NCBI GenBank assembly: GCA_044345405.1
Contig: JBIJBE010000006.1
Coordinates: forward strand, 40,682-104,681
Length of the DNA: 64,000 bases
Direction of reading: 5' to 3'
Source: Bdellovibrionota bacterium
GTDB lineage: Bacteria > Bdellovibrionota_C > UBA2361 > OMII01
Shown: piece by piece, positions 39,956 through 49,432 of the stretch
Layout of the letters: each line of letters opens with the position of its first letter
Position numbering within the stretch: position 1 is the first letter of the stretch
Notes under the pieces: model-generated
Told to the model about the DNA's origin: nothing
Databases searched by the model: none
What the model saw: only the letters and a program-made list of their open reading frames with translations
Made by a program: the position numbers and the translations under genes

Positions 39956-40294
39956 ATGCAACGCAACATGAATCAATGGAAACATCTTTCAGGGACGAAG
40001 GTCATTACGATCAGTCCGCGTGGCGTCCCCTTTATGCCAGGAGTAGGTTTAATCCTTCTTGGCGCTATAATTTTCCTCGCCCCTAAATTCTTTCTAGCGG
40101 CGGTCGGCACGTTTTTTCTCCTGCTCGGCGTAGTGGCGTGTTACATCGCCTGGAAGTTTATCTCATTCAAGCGACAGGTGACGAAGCTAGCTGAGGAGTT
40201 TCAAAACTCCGTGGATATCCGAGCCTTTCAGGTTCAGAATAGCGATGACATCGATATTACTGAGACTGATAGCAAGAAGATCTACTATCACTAA
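39956..40294 (+). CDS. Small membrane hypothetical protein
   Basis: AGGAGG/GGAG upstream; two TM helices. Confidence 0.6.
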   Translation: MQRNMNQWKHLSGTKVITISPRGVPFMPGVGLILLGAIIFLAPKFFLAAVGTFFLLLGVVACYIAWKFISFKRQVTKLAEEFQNSVDIRAFQVQNSDDIDITETDSKKIYYH

Positions 40295-40311
40295 TCTGAT
40301 GAGCGTGTGGT

Positions 40312-41310
40312 TTAGACGAGCTGTTCGCCACCACTGCTAATGAATATCTTACCCTCAGCCTCAAGACGTCGAACGATGTCGACGATGCTCTGCTGTGCTT
40401 TCTCAACGTCTTTAAGTTTAACAGGGCCAAGCGCGTCAAGGTCCTCCTTGATCATCTCGGCGGCGCGTTGAGACACGTTACGGAAGATGAGATCTTTCAA
40501 CTCAGGGCTTGCTGTCTTAAGCGCAAGCACCAACTGCTCTCGAGGCACATCTTTGAGTACCGTCTGAACGCCCTTGTCGTCTATCTTCTTGATATCTTCG
40601 AAGGTGAACATGAGGGCGCGAATCCGCTCCGCGATATCGGGGAAGGTTTCCTCGATCTCGGTAATGATACGCTCTTCGCTGTTTCGGTCGATAAAGTTGA
40701 GAATATCAGCGGCGGACTTCGGTCCTCCGATCTCTTCCTCTTGAAGCTCGCCACCGCGGATTTGCCCGCGTAAGACCTCTCGGACCTCATCAACAACCGC
40801 GGCGCTGACGTTGGTGAGATTGGAGATCCGGATGAGAATGTCGGTCTGCATCTCCGGCTGCATCTGCCTGAGAACGACGGCCGATTGATCAGGGTTCATC
40901 ATGGTCATGAGGAACGCGATCGTTTGAGGGTGCTCCGATGTGATGAACTGGTAGAGAAGCTTTTCCGGCACATCGGCGATGATCGAACCGATAGGCTGTT
41001 TCTTGGCGCCAGCGATGTACTCAAGGAGCGACTCACTCTGATTCTCCCCGAACGCGGACGCGATAACGCTCTTGGCGAACTCACGACCATCAACCACCAT
41101 TCGCTCACCCGCTTTGAGCATGCGGAGGAAATCGACGGAGGTATGGAATTGAGTCTCGCGGTCCACTTCGGACACGGAAAGGAAGGCACGGCTGATCTTC
41201 TTGACCTCGTGCTCGCTGAGGTGCTGCATCACTTGGGCGGCGACCTCTTTGCCAAGACCCAAGAGGGTCAAGGCAGCTTTTTCTGGATTTGATAACTCCC
41301 TACTCGTCAT
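40312..41310 (-). CDS. fliG: Flagellar motor switch protein FliG
   Basis: EKAALTLL, EHPQTIA, MFTFED, NVSQRAAEMIKEDL, GPVKLKDVEKAQ; ATG at 41310. Confidence 0.95.
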   Translation of the reverse strand: MTSRELSNPEKAALTLLGLGKEVAAQVMQHLSEHEVKKISRAFLSVSEVDRETQFHTSVDFLRMLKAGERMVVDGREFAKSVIASAFGENQSESLLEYIAGAKKQPIGSIIADVPEKLLYQFITSEHPQTIAFLMTMMNPDQSAVVLRQMQPEMQTDILIRISNLTNVSAAVVDEVREVLRGQIRGGELQEEEIGGPKSAADILNFIDRNSEERIITEIEETFPDIAERIRALMFTFEDIKKIDDKGVQTVLKDVPREQLVLALKTASPELKDLIFRNVSQRAAEMIKEDLDALGPVKLKDVEKAQQSIVDIVRRLEAEGKIFISSGGEQLV

Positions 41311-41414
41311 GGAGACTCCCCTTAGGTTCAGTCGGTTAAGATGATGATCCCCACCATAAGGGCTCACTACAGTTGTCTTGTATTCCTCGCGTCCGCCCCT
41401 TACACTTAAGGTCT

Positions 41415-42434
41415 ATGGTTCAACTGCCTGACGAAAGCCTCCTAGCTACGTGTTTTCAAGAGGTTACAGGCACCGCTCCCGCTTCTATCGCCCCTCTTCG
41501 CCCTCACGCCTCCGAACGCCGAATCTATCGCCTGACCCAAGGAGCGACCACGTTAGTGGGGGTCGTAAATCCCTCTCGGGCCGAGAACGATGCCTTCGTG
41601 GCCCTGGCTCGACACTTTAAGTCGAAGGGCCTCCCGGTTCCGACCATTCATGCCTACAAGCCTGAAGAGGGTGTGTACCTAGAGGATGACCTGGGGGAGG
41701 TGACGTTGTTGGACTTCCTCCTGTCAGAACGGGCCAAGACCGGCGAAGCGTTTCCACCGTCGGTTGAGGCGATGTACAAACGAGTTCTCTCCTTCCTGCC
41801 TCGATTTCAGATCGAAGCGGCGGCCTCACTCGACTTCTCCCTCTGTTTGGCTTCGGACAACTTCTTCTCTGAGACCTTACGAAAGGACATGAACTCGTTC
41901 TGCTCAGAACTCGTCGCTCGCCTCCTTCCCTCATTCGACACAAGGGAGCTTGAACCGGAATTCTCAACCCTCATCTCCTACCTGGAGCAAGCGAAGAGCG
42001 ACTTCTTCCTCTATCGTGACTTCCAATCACGCAACATCATGCTCGTGAACAACGAGCCATTCTTCATCGACTTTCAATCCGGACTCAAAGGCCCCCTTCA
42101 ATACGACGTCATATCCCTTCTCTTCCAGTCGAGCGCGCAAATTCCCGACACGAACCGAGAGGAGCTGGTGCGGACCTACCTTGAGAGCGTCTCCGAATAC
42201 CACGCATGCGACCGCGAGGATTTCTTCCGCTACTATCCGGCGTTTATTATCAGTCGAATGTTGCAGGTACTTGGTGTCTATGGACGGCAAGGGCTCGGGG
42301 CTCAAAAGGAGTACTTCGCGAAGAGCATTCCTGGGGCGCTCGCCACGCTCAACAGCCAGCTCCGTTCTCCACACCTCACGATAAAGCTCGATCGCCTACT
42401 TGCGTGCTCTGAAGCTTTGCTGAAGAGTGCGTAG
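41415..42434 (+). CDS. amgK: Anomeric MurNAc/GlcNAc kinase AmgK-like (APH family)
   Basis: ASERRIYR, EDDLG, YRDFQSRNIM, IDFQ, GPLQYD, LQVLGVYG; upstream of murU-like gene. Confidence 0.8.
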   Translation: MVQLPDESLLATCFQEVTGTAPASIAPLRPHASERRIYRLTQGATTLVGVVNPSRAENDAFVALARHFKSKGLPVPTIHAYKPEEGVYLEDDLGEVTLLDFLLSERAKTGEAFPPSVEAMYKRVLSFLPRFQIEAAASLDFSLCLASDNFFSETLRKDMNSFCSELVARLLPSFDTRELEPEFSTLISYLEQAKSDFFLYRDFQSRNIMLVNNEPFFIDFQSGLKGPLQYDVISLLFQSSAQIPDTNREELVRTYLESVSEYHACDREDFFRYYPAFIISRMLQVLGVYGRQGLGAQKEYFAKSIPGALATLNSQLRSPHLTIKLDRLLACSEALLKSA

Positions 42435-42457
42435 AACAGGATCACCAAACGTTACCT

Positions 42458-42907
42458 ATGAACCAACCTACCGACTCAAACCTCATCGTTGAGATTACAA
42501 GCTTCTCCTTTAAAGCTGCCCTCCCACCTCATATGTTTTCGCTTGAGGGCGAGCGACACGGTGGTGGGTTCGTCTTCGATTGTCGTTCCCTTCCTAATCC
42601 CGGTCGCGAGGAGCGATTCAAGAGCAAGACGGGCCTCGACGCCGATGTCTGCGCCTACCTTGAGGCGGCTGGCGAGATCGTCTCGTTCCGCGAACATACC
42701 TTTGGTCTCGTAGACGCTGCGGTGCGAAACTTCCTCGCACGTGGGTTCTCGTTTATGAACGTGAGCTTCGGATGTACCGGTGGCCAACATCGGTCGGTAT
42801 TTTTTACGGAGCAGTTGGCGCAGCATGTGGCAGCGAACTTCTCCCCTCGCGTTACGCCGAAAGTAATTCACTACAATCTGATCCAGAAGGGGTTTATTAA
42901 GGGGTAG
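42458..42907 (+). CDS. Stand-alone RapZ C-terminal domain protein
   Basis: SFSFK, GGGFVFDCRSLPNPGR, FGCTGGQHRS. Confidence 0.85.
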   Translation: MNQPTDSNLIVEITSFSFKAALPPHMFSLEGERHGGGFVFDCRSLPNPGREERFKSKTGLDADVCAYLEAAGEIVSFREHTFGLVDAAVRNFLARGFSFMNVSFGCTGGQHRSVFFTEQLAQHVAANFSPRVTPKVIHYNLIQKGFIKG

Positions 42908-42922
42908 GTCCACTCTTGTCTC

Positions 42923-43020
42923 GTTGACGGTGACAAAACACCTCGACGTTCAACGTAACCCGGTAAACGTCGACGGTTATCGTTTTACGGCAGTCGTCAA
43001 CGACATCGGCATCGTCAACG
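42923..43020. repeat. Dispersed GTCGAC-rich element, copy 3
   Basis: cggtaaacgtcgacggttatcgttttacgg matches the core of copies 1 and 2. Confidence 0.6.
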
Positions 43021-43113
43021 ATTCAGCTTCCTTTGCGTGGGTTAGGCATCATTCTCTCTGTCCCTGCCCTGCTCAATGCTTTACGGTAAGGATACAGGGA
43101 GACGTAACGTACG

Positions 43114-43815
43114 ATGAAGGCGATGATATTCGCCGCGGGTGTTGGCTCACGACTCAAAGAGCTTACTCGCGCGACACCTAAATGTTTGATGGAGGTCGGC
43201 GGCAAGACCATGCTTGAGCGCGTGGTAGACCGACTGAAAGCGGTCGGCGTAACCGCAATAGCCATCAACGCCCATCATCATGCGGAGCAAGTAAGCGATT
43301 TCATCAAGGCGAAGAGCTATTTCGGACTTGAAGTCCTCATCTCCCACGAACCTACCTTGCTCGACACCGGTGGAGGACTTCGAAAGGTCGCCGCCTTCTT
43401 CGCTGGCGAAGAGGCTTTTCTCATTCACAATGCCGACATCTATAGCGAGATCGACCTTTCTCTCCTCGTCGAGGAACACCGGTCAAAGAACGCCATCGGC
43501 ACCGTCGCCGTTATGGACCGCCCCTCCAAGCGCGGTCTCTACTTCGATTCAGGTAATCACCTTGTCGGCTGGACGCAAGAGGAGCGAGCCGTTCCCAAAG
43601 GAGCCCACCTCTCTAGTTTCTGTGGCATTAGTGTCGCCTCTCACGAGATCTTCTCCCATATGCCCGACGATGGGGCGTTCTCCATCATCTCGTCATACCT
43701 CGCGGCAGCCCGCCAGACGGACCGGGTATACGGTAAGCTCTTCGCCAACGTCGAGTGGACCGACATCGGAACCCCTGAGCAGTTAGAGGCGTTGCGCGCT
43801 CGCGTTAAAGTCTGA
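43114..43815 (+). CDS. murU: MurU-like nucleotidyltransferase
   Basis: MKAMIFAAGVGSRL, TPKCL, LLDTGGG, NADI, WTDIGTPE. Confidence 0.82.
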   Translation: MKAMIFAAGVGSRLKELTRATPKCLMEVGGKTMLERVVDRLKAVGVTAIAINAHHHAEQVSDFIKAKSYFGLEVLISHEPTLLDTGGGLRKVAAFFAGEEAFLIHNADIYSEIDLSLLVEEHRSKNAIGTVAVMDRPSKRGLYFDSGNHLVGWTQEERAVPKGAHLSSFCGISVASHEIFSHMPDDGAFSIISSYLAAARQTDRVYGKLFANVEWTDIGTPEQLEALRARVKV

Positions 43816-43830
43816 CACCATCGGAGCTCT

Positions 43831-44868
43831 ATGCGAAATGTTCGTGCCCTCTCTCTCGTCGTCGCCTCCCTCCTAGCCGGAGCGTCCTCGTACGCCCAGA
43901 CCCCACAGACAGGTACTCCCTACACCGGGAGCTCAACGATTGCAGGGGAGCCCCTCGACGCCGCCCGCGCAAAGACGATGATGGAGTTCAACAAGCTCGC
44001 CCCGAAAAAACAGAACCGGTCGGCGCTGACCGGTGGTTTTTGCAACCCTGTTCTTACACAACCAACCCCTTCTGCCGATCAGGTACAGCTCGCGCTTGCG
44101 CTTGTCGAGAGTGAGATCGCTCCCATCCTTTCATTCGCCAAGGAGGGTGGCGCCACGGAGGGAGGAGCATCGGAGGACGGCGCAGCGGTCAACTACTCCA
44201 TCGACTTCGATCTTGATCATGTTGTGCTCCGTTCATCGAATCCACGATATGGGAGCCAAGCAAACGGTCTGAAGATCTCGTATCCACATGAAACATCCTC
44301 TCACGTGTGGTTCGAAGCTAAGGGAAGCGGAAGCGTGCTCTTCATCTTTCCGCCGGTGCGAGGTTGTAGCGTTCAATTCATCGTCGCGTGTCCGAGGACT
44401 TACTCCAATGCACGAACCTTGGATGAATCAAAGCTGACAGTGACGGGTGTGCGGTACGCCATCTCCTCGAAATCGGATGGTCTCTTCCAAGCGCCGACGG
44501 GAGAAGAGGCAAAGGTTGTCGCGAGCACGCTCGCCTCCAGTCGTGTGGAGCTTCCCCAAGCGTGGTCCTCAGAGAACATCAGCAAGGGGACCCCGAGCGC
44601 CTCTGTTAAGATTCAAAAACCCCTTGATCCGCTCGGCGCGCCCGGAAAAATGTCATCAGTGAGCGCGCCGTTTCAAGACGCCGTAGAGGCACATCTTGAG
44701 TTCGGTACGACGACAGAGGTTAAACGAACGGTACGCTCTCGTTCCACCGTTGAGGTATCACCGTTCTCTCTTGAGGTTGCGCAACCCGTGCGAATTGAGC
44801 GGTCCGACGTACCGCTCAACCCAGGCTCGTGTTTTGTCATAAGTCGTCGGAAGGAAACTCACTACTGA
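43831..44868 (+). CDS. Secreted hypothetical protein
   Basis: Signal peptide ending SYA-Q; GGAG RBS; no family recognised. Confidence 0.7.
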   Translation: MRNVRALSLVVASLLAGASSYAQTPQTGTPYTGSSTIAGEPLDAARAKTMMEFNKLAPKKQNRSALTGGFCNPVLTQPTPSADQVQLALALVESEIAPILSFAKEGGATEGGASEDGAAVNYSIDFDLDHVVLRSSNPRYGSQANGLKISYPHETSSHVWFEAKGSGSVLFIFPPVRGCSVQFIVACPRTYSNARTLDESKLTVTGVRYAISSKSDGLFQAPTGEEAKVVASTLASSRVELPQAWSSENISKGTPSASVKIQKPLDPLGAPGKMSSVSAPFQDAVEAHLEFGTTTEVKRTVRSRSTVEVSPFSLEVAQPVRIERSDVPLNPGSCFVISRRKETHY

Positions 44869-45187
44869 TCTTGCGGTCAGTTCTCGACTTCACATGATGT
44901 TGCACGTTGCTCCATAAGAGCCTCGTTCTCAACATCATGAAGATCATAGCCTTCACGACGATATGCTACGCCACAGGTTTCCTTACCGATGCGAGTCTTG
45001 TCATAAGTAGACAGCCATCCGACATTCCGGTCGTCACGGAGAGGTCGCGTGAAGCGCTTCGTGAGGGCCGTCCGTAGGAATGTTGCCATGAAAAAATGCC
45101 CAGGTGAGTTCGAAGTGGATCGATCCATGCCTAACCCGCTCTAACGCTCCTCTTCGCTCACGCCCCAAGGTTGTATAAGCTTGGCGC

Positions 45188-45733
45188 ATGTCTTCCTTTG
45201 GAGCAGCGCACTCGCAACCGACCAACCAACAACCAGGTATTACCTACCTGAACCCCACACCTGTGGTCGTAGCTGTCGTGCCCGTGCGCGCGATCAATCC
45301 CGCATCAGGGGTTGTTGAGACCGGACTTCTAACGATTGAGCGTGGCATCGAACCTCAACTCGGACACCTCGCACTTCCGGGAGGCTATCTTGAATACGAG
45401 GATTGGCGGGATGGCCTGCTACGAGAGCTCTTCGAGGAAACCAGCATCAAGATCGAAGACATGTCGTGCGTGACCCTTCAAGCGGCGCGCTCGATCGATC
45501 AGAACCGAAAGATCGTACTCTTTGGGAGCGTTCCTCCTGTCGAATACTCCGCGCTCGCTAACTTCGTCGCGAACCGCGAGTGCCCTCGTTTCGAGGTCAT
45601 CTTTGAGGCACGCGAATTAGCGTTCGCGACGCACACGGAGATGGCGCTGCTGTTCTTCGAGTCGCGACAAGCTGGGCAAGATAGTGGTGGTCTCTCTCAG
45701 TTACGGCTGCCTCAACGGCCGCCTGGGTCATAA
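45188..45733 (+). CDS. NUDIX hydrolase
   Basis: NPTPVVV, ALPGGYLEYEDWRDGLLRELFEET Nudix box, LAFATH. Confidence 0.88.
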   Translation: MSSFGAAHSQPTNQQPGITYLNPTPVVVAVVPVRAINPASGVVETGLLTIERGIEPQLGHLALPGGYLEYEDWRDGLLRELFEETSIKIEDMSCVTLQAARSIDQNRKIVLFGSVPPVEYSALANFVANRECPRFEVIFEARELAFATHTEMALLFFESRQAGQDSGGLSQLRLPQRPPGS

Positions 45734-45782
45734 AAAGCATATGTAATTGGGCTTTACCTTTCCAATCATGGTTCCGTGCACC

Positions 45783-46060
45783 GGGAGAGCGACCGTCCCC
45801 GGTCCCCGAGATGTCACATATCCCAAATGACCCTCGCCTTCCGCAACACGGCGGTCAGGAATGACGGCCCTCCCACATCACGGGGCGCACAACGGGAGGG
45901 CGACGATTCCTCGTCGCCGAAATGTCACGCATCCCAAAGGACCTTCTCCTCGCGCAACACGGCGGTCAGGAATGACCGCCCTCCCACATCACGGGGCGCA
46001 CAACGGGAGGGCGACGATTCCTCGTCGCCGAAATGTCACGCATCCCAAAGGACCTTCTCC
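45783..46060. repeat. REP-doublet tandem array, 111-bp unit x ~2.5
   Basis: GGGAGGGCGACGATTCCTCGTCGCC and inverted GGCGGTCAGGAATGACCGCCCTCCC; cgcaacac at 45842 and 45953. Confidence 0.85.
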
Positions 46061-46130
46061 TGATTGCGACATCCCTACTTTCACAGCATCATATCCAGAC
46101 CGTTGTGACGGAGAGATCTAGGAGAAGCCC

Positions 46131-46913
46131 GTGGCGTTAGTTTTGCAGACCATCGATTCAGACGGAATCGCGACCCTCACCCTCAATGATGAGGCCAACC
46201 TAAACGCGATGAGTGACGAGATGGCGACGGAGTTCGCCGCCGCCGTTCAATCCCTTAAGGGACATAAAGGACTTCGGGCGGTCATTTTGACCGGCGCTGG
46301 AAAGGCGTTTTCGGCGGGTGGTCACCTCTCCATGCTTGAGGCGAAGCGAGCTAAAACCGCCGAGGAAAATCGGCAAGGAATGCTTTCCTTCTATAACTCG
46401 TTCCTGTGCATCCGCGATCTCGGTGTCCCGTTAATCGCCGCATTGAACGGCGCCGCTGTCGGTGCTGGGTTGTGCGTAGCCTGTGCTTGCGATTTTCGGG
46501 TTGCCTCTGATAGCACCAAACTCGGATTTACCTTCTTAAAGCTGGGTCTTCACCCCGGCATGGGCGCTACCTATTTCGTGCCTCGCATCGTTGGCGCAAG
46601 CATGGCTACCGAGCTGCTCGTGACGGGTCGAGTGATTTCCGCTCAAGAGGCGCTGCGAATTGGTGTCGTTTCTCGCGTTTGCGATGCGGCCGATGTGATA
46701 AAAGAGGCGCGCGCAATCGCGACCGAAATACTAAGCTGTGGTCCTGACGCCACCGCGCAATTACTGGAAACTATGAGAGGCGATCCAGCGCTCCTCACAG
46801 CAGCTCTTGAGCGTGAGGCGTCATGTCAGAGCGTGAACTACGCCAGCGCTGAGTTCGCGGAGGGGGTCGCGGCGGTACGAGAGAAGCGATCAGCGTGCTT
46901 CACGAAGCGCTAG
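46131..46913 (+). CDS. Enoyl-CoA hydratase/isomerase
   Basis: AFSAGG, LNGAAVGAG, LGLHPGMG. Confidence 0.92.
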   Translation: MALVLQTIDSDGIATLTLNDEANLNAMSDEMATEFAAAVQSLKGHKGLRAVILTGAGKAFSAGGHLSMLEAKRAKTAEENRQGMLSFYNSFLCIRDLGVPLIAALNGAAVGAGLCVACACDFRVASDSTKLGFTFLKLGLHPGMGATYFVPRIVGASMATELLVTGRVISAQEALRIGVVSRVCDAADVIKEARAIATEILSCGPDATAQLLETMRGDPALLTAALEREASCQSVNYASAEFAEGVAAVREKRSACFTKR

Positions 46914-47087
46914 CCATGCGCCGAGCCCAACGATCACGACGTGCGCGAAACTAAACCAAAAGCCTCGCCAGTTGTTGATTTCGTAGGCTTGAAAGAAGAG
47001 CGCGTAGGCGCACAATCCAACGACCGCGATGGTAACGAGCGTTACTTGTGAGATAGAGCTTCGTGGCGGTGTGTTGTCCATGGGCAT
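46890..47087 (-). CDS. Small two-TM hypothetical protein
   Basis: Two hydrophobic segments; GAGG upstream; short overlap with the convergent gene. Confidence 0.45.
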   Translation of the reverse strand: MPMDNTPPRSSISQVTLVTIAVVGLCAYALFFQAYEINNWRGFWFSFAHVVIVGLGAWLALREAR

Positions 47088-47233
47088 CTTGTACCTCGAC
47101 TAGGCTGGCGAGGCAAAATAGATCCCTTTCGCTCGACCGATGCGTGGCGATCTAACCGCAATAAAAAAGCCAAGCCGTACCTTGTCGTACGGCTTGGCTT
47201 TTCGTTCCTCGCGAGCTTTTCACTCACACGGAA

Positions 47234-47548
47234 TTAGCGAAGCAAGCTCAAACGCTCCTGAATAGCCTCTGGATTTCCTTCGTACTGACGAAGGCTCTCT
47301 TGCAGGGAGATCGGATCGAGATCGAGGTGAAGCGCTACCCACGCGAAGCTAAATGGTCGCTTCGGCGTAATCTTTCCAAACAACCACTGACGAGCGCTTC
47401 GAACAACGTGACGCTCGCAATGGGCTGTCCCAAAAGCGTCGCAAATGGCTCGTGCCAAAACCGCTGCCAGAAGATTTCTTTCAGGTTTTACCGGGGAGGA
47501 TGCTTCGGTATCGTCTTCGGGCAAAAACTTGTTAGCAGAATTGCTCAT
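47234..47548 (-). CDS. Conserved-looking hypothetical protein
   Basis: PERNLLAAVLARAICD...ARQWLF...FSFAWVALHLDLDP resembles a small helical family I recall from deltaproteobacteria and phages. Confidence 0.6.
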   Translation of the reverse strand: MSNSANKFLPEDDTEASSPVKPERNLLAAVLARAICDAFGTAHCERHVVRSARQWLFGKITPKRPFSFAWVALHLDLDPISLQESLRQYEGNPEAIQERLSLLR

Positions 47549-47969
47549 AGGCTACTCAAATCTCCAATGATTTACGATTCTTATGGAATGAGAGGATTTG
47601 GAAAAGAATGACTCGATAAGGAATTATTCTTTGAGAAAGTAGGAACGGAAAGAACAAGCTTAGAAGTACTAGTGCGTCTTCGAACCTGAATGCCGGACAT
47701 CAAGTAGGCCCCCCAGTCGTACAGCCCGCATCGGGAAAACCCGATTGCAGCCTTTTTGGACGTCTTATCCAGAAGGCCGCAAGTAGTTGCGCTCGCTCAC
47801 GATTCCTGGGTAAACGTTGTACTCTGGTTAAGATTGGGCGTCAATAGTATTTTTAAGTAACTTTAAGTTACAACAATGTTTGAATAGGTTCATGTTGCGG
47901 TGGTGCTTTGTTTGACTTTTATCACCCCTAATATTACCTTCTCCCCCTCTAAGAGTTCTAGGAGTATGC

Positions 47970-48536
47970 ATGAATTCCCCTGTTACCAAAAAGAAGCTTT
48001 TCATCAGCAACCTTGATTTCGAAGTGACCAGCGAGCAACTCTCGCAGCTCTTCGAAGAGATCGGCGCAACGGTTAGCGTTGTGGTCGCTTCGGATCGTGA
48101 GACCAAGCGTTCAAAGGGTTTCGCGTTCGTTGAAATGGAGCGTGAAGAGGATGCTCGTACTGCAATCGAGACCCTCAACAACCGCGCTGTTAACGGCCGT
48201 CCAATGAAGGTGTGTGAAGACCGCGGTAAGAACGCTGGTCCAGCATCATCTGAGGGCGGTTCAAGCGAGGGTGGCCGTAAGTTTGAGCCACTTCCTTCGA
48301 TCCAGAGAATGCAACTCTTCAAGCGTCGTCGTAAGCTTGATCCCTTCACTGAGGATCCTCGCAAGTCGATCGACTACAAGGACGTCGCAATGCTCTCGAA
48401 GTTCGTCAGCGAGCGTGGTCGTATCCTCTCTCGTCGTTTGACCGGACTTACCGCGTACAATCAGCGGAAGGTTTCTAAGGCTATCAAGCGCGCTCAGAGC
48501 CTTGGTCTTATGGCCTTCACGTCGATCCAAGAGTAG
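47970..48536 (+). CDS. rpsR: RRM domain fused to 30S ribosomal protein S18
   Basis: RNP2 LFISNL, RNP1 KGFAFVEM; C-terminal IDYKDVAMLSKFVSERGRILSRRLTG...QRKVSKAIKRAQSLGLM. Confidence 0.92.
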   Translation: MNSPVTKKKLFISNLDFEVTSEQLSQLFEEIGATVSVVVASDRETKRSKGFAFVEMEREEDARTAIETLNNRAVNGRPMKVCEDRGKNAGPASSEGGSSEGGRKFEPLPSIQRMQLFKRRRKLDPFTEDPRKSIDYKDVAMLSKFVSERGRILSRRLTGLTAYNQRKVSKAIKRAQSLGLMAFTSIQE

Positions 48537-48560
48537 TTGGACGACAGAACTCTTAGACAG

Positions 48561-48621
48561 AAAAAGCCGGCCACTGTGCCGGCTTTTTTATGGGCCGGCT
48601 TTTTTATGGGCCGGCTTTTTT
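48561..48621 (+). terminator. Intrinsic terminator with triplicated 3' arm
   Basis: aaaaagccggc-cactgt-gccggctttttt, then atgggccggctttttt twice more. Confidence 0.85.
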
Positions 48622-49023
48622 GTTGCGCGTGTGCTGCTCCGTGGTGACCCGCGAAGCGTAATCGAAGCGGGACCACATACTAACCCTGTACCGAGGTGAT
48701 ACCTGAGGGTCCCGTCCCCCGAAGCTTCAGCGCAGGGGGAAACTTTAATCTATTTTCAAACTTTCTCACAAACGCCCCTGAATGCGCGCAAAACTACGCA
48801 GCGAATGAACACCCGGGGAAACAGCTTTCCCTACCCTTCCTTAACGCTCTGGCCTGTCTCACACCGTAACCTGCGAGTTTTGCGGCTTTAAAACCCCCCG
48901 GTACAACAAGTTATTTCTCAGCATCCGCGGTGGCACATCCTTTGCTGATGTCCCATCAAGAGATAACGCCGAACGTTGGTCCCTACACAGACCTCGGAGT
49001 CGGTTGGCATAGGAAGCCTCGTT

Positions 49024-49422
49024 ATGAAAACCACACACCACTCATCACAATCTGGAAGCGTCTTCGTCGAAGCCGCCGTTGTCACCCCGATGCTCATGAT
49101 GCTCATCGTATCGATGATGCAGTTCGGATACATCTACGGCGTGTTAACCAATCTGCGAGGGGCCTCTGCCGTGGCCGCTCGTATGGCGGTTTTGGGGACG
49201 GCGAGCTCGCAGGTGGATGTCTGCCAAGCCGCGAAAAACGCCGTGACATCGATGGTTGATTCCTCGCAGCTTGCATGCGAAACGAGCCCATCGGTACTAC
49301 CCGCTCCAGTGAATTCTCCGGTCACTATCACACTAAGCTACCCTGTGCCGCTCCTCGCCTCGAATTCGGGCGTGTTGAAGGGACCAACCTTCACGGTAAG
49401 CGCTCGCACAACGATGCAGTAA
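49024..49422 (+). CDS. TadE-like pseudopilin
   Basis: QSG-SVFVEAAVVTP prepilin motif, AAR, VTITLSYP. Confidence 0.85.
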   Translation: MKTTHHSSQSGSVFVEAAVVTPMLMMLIVSMMQFGYIYGVLTNLRGASAVAARMAVLGTASSQVDVCQAAKNAVTSMVDSSQLACETSPSVLPAPVNSPVTITLSYPVPLLASNSGVLKGPTFTVSARTTMQ

Positions 49423-49432
49423 GGAGGGTGAC

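Noticed and set aside
44877-45128. 83-aa minus-strand ORF
   Set aside because: No motif or clear RBS; cannot be supported.
45776-46121. Short repetitive ORFs
   Set aside because: Translations of the 111-bp REP array.
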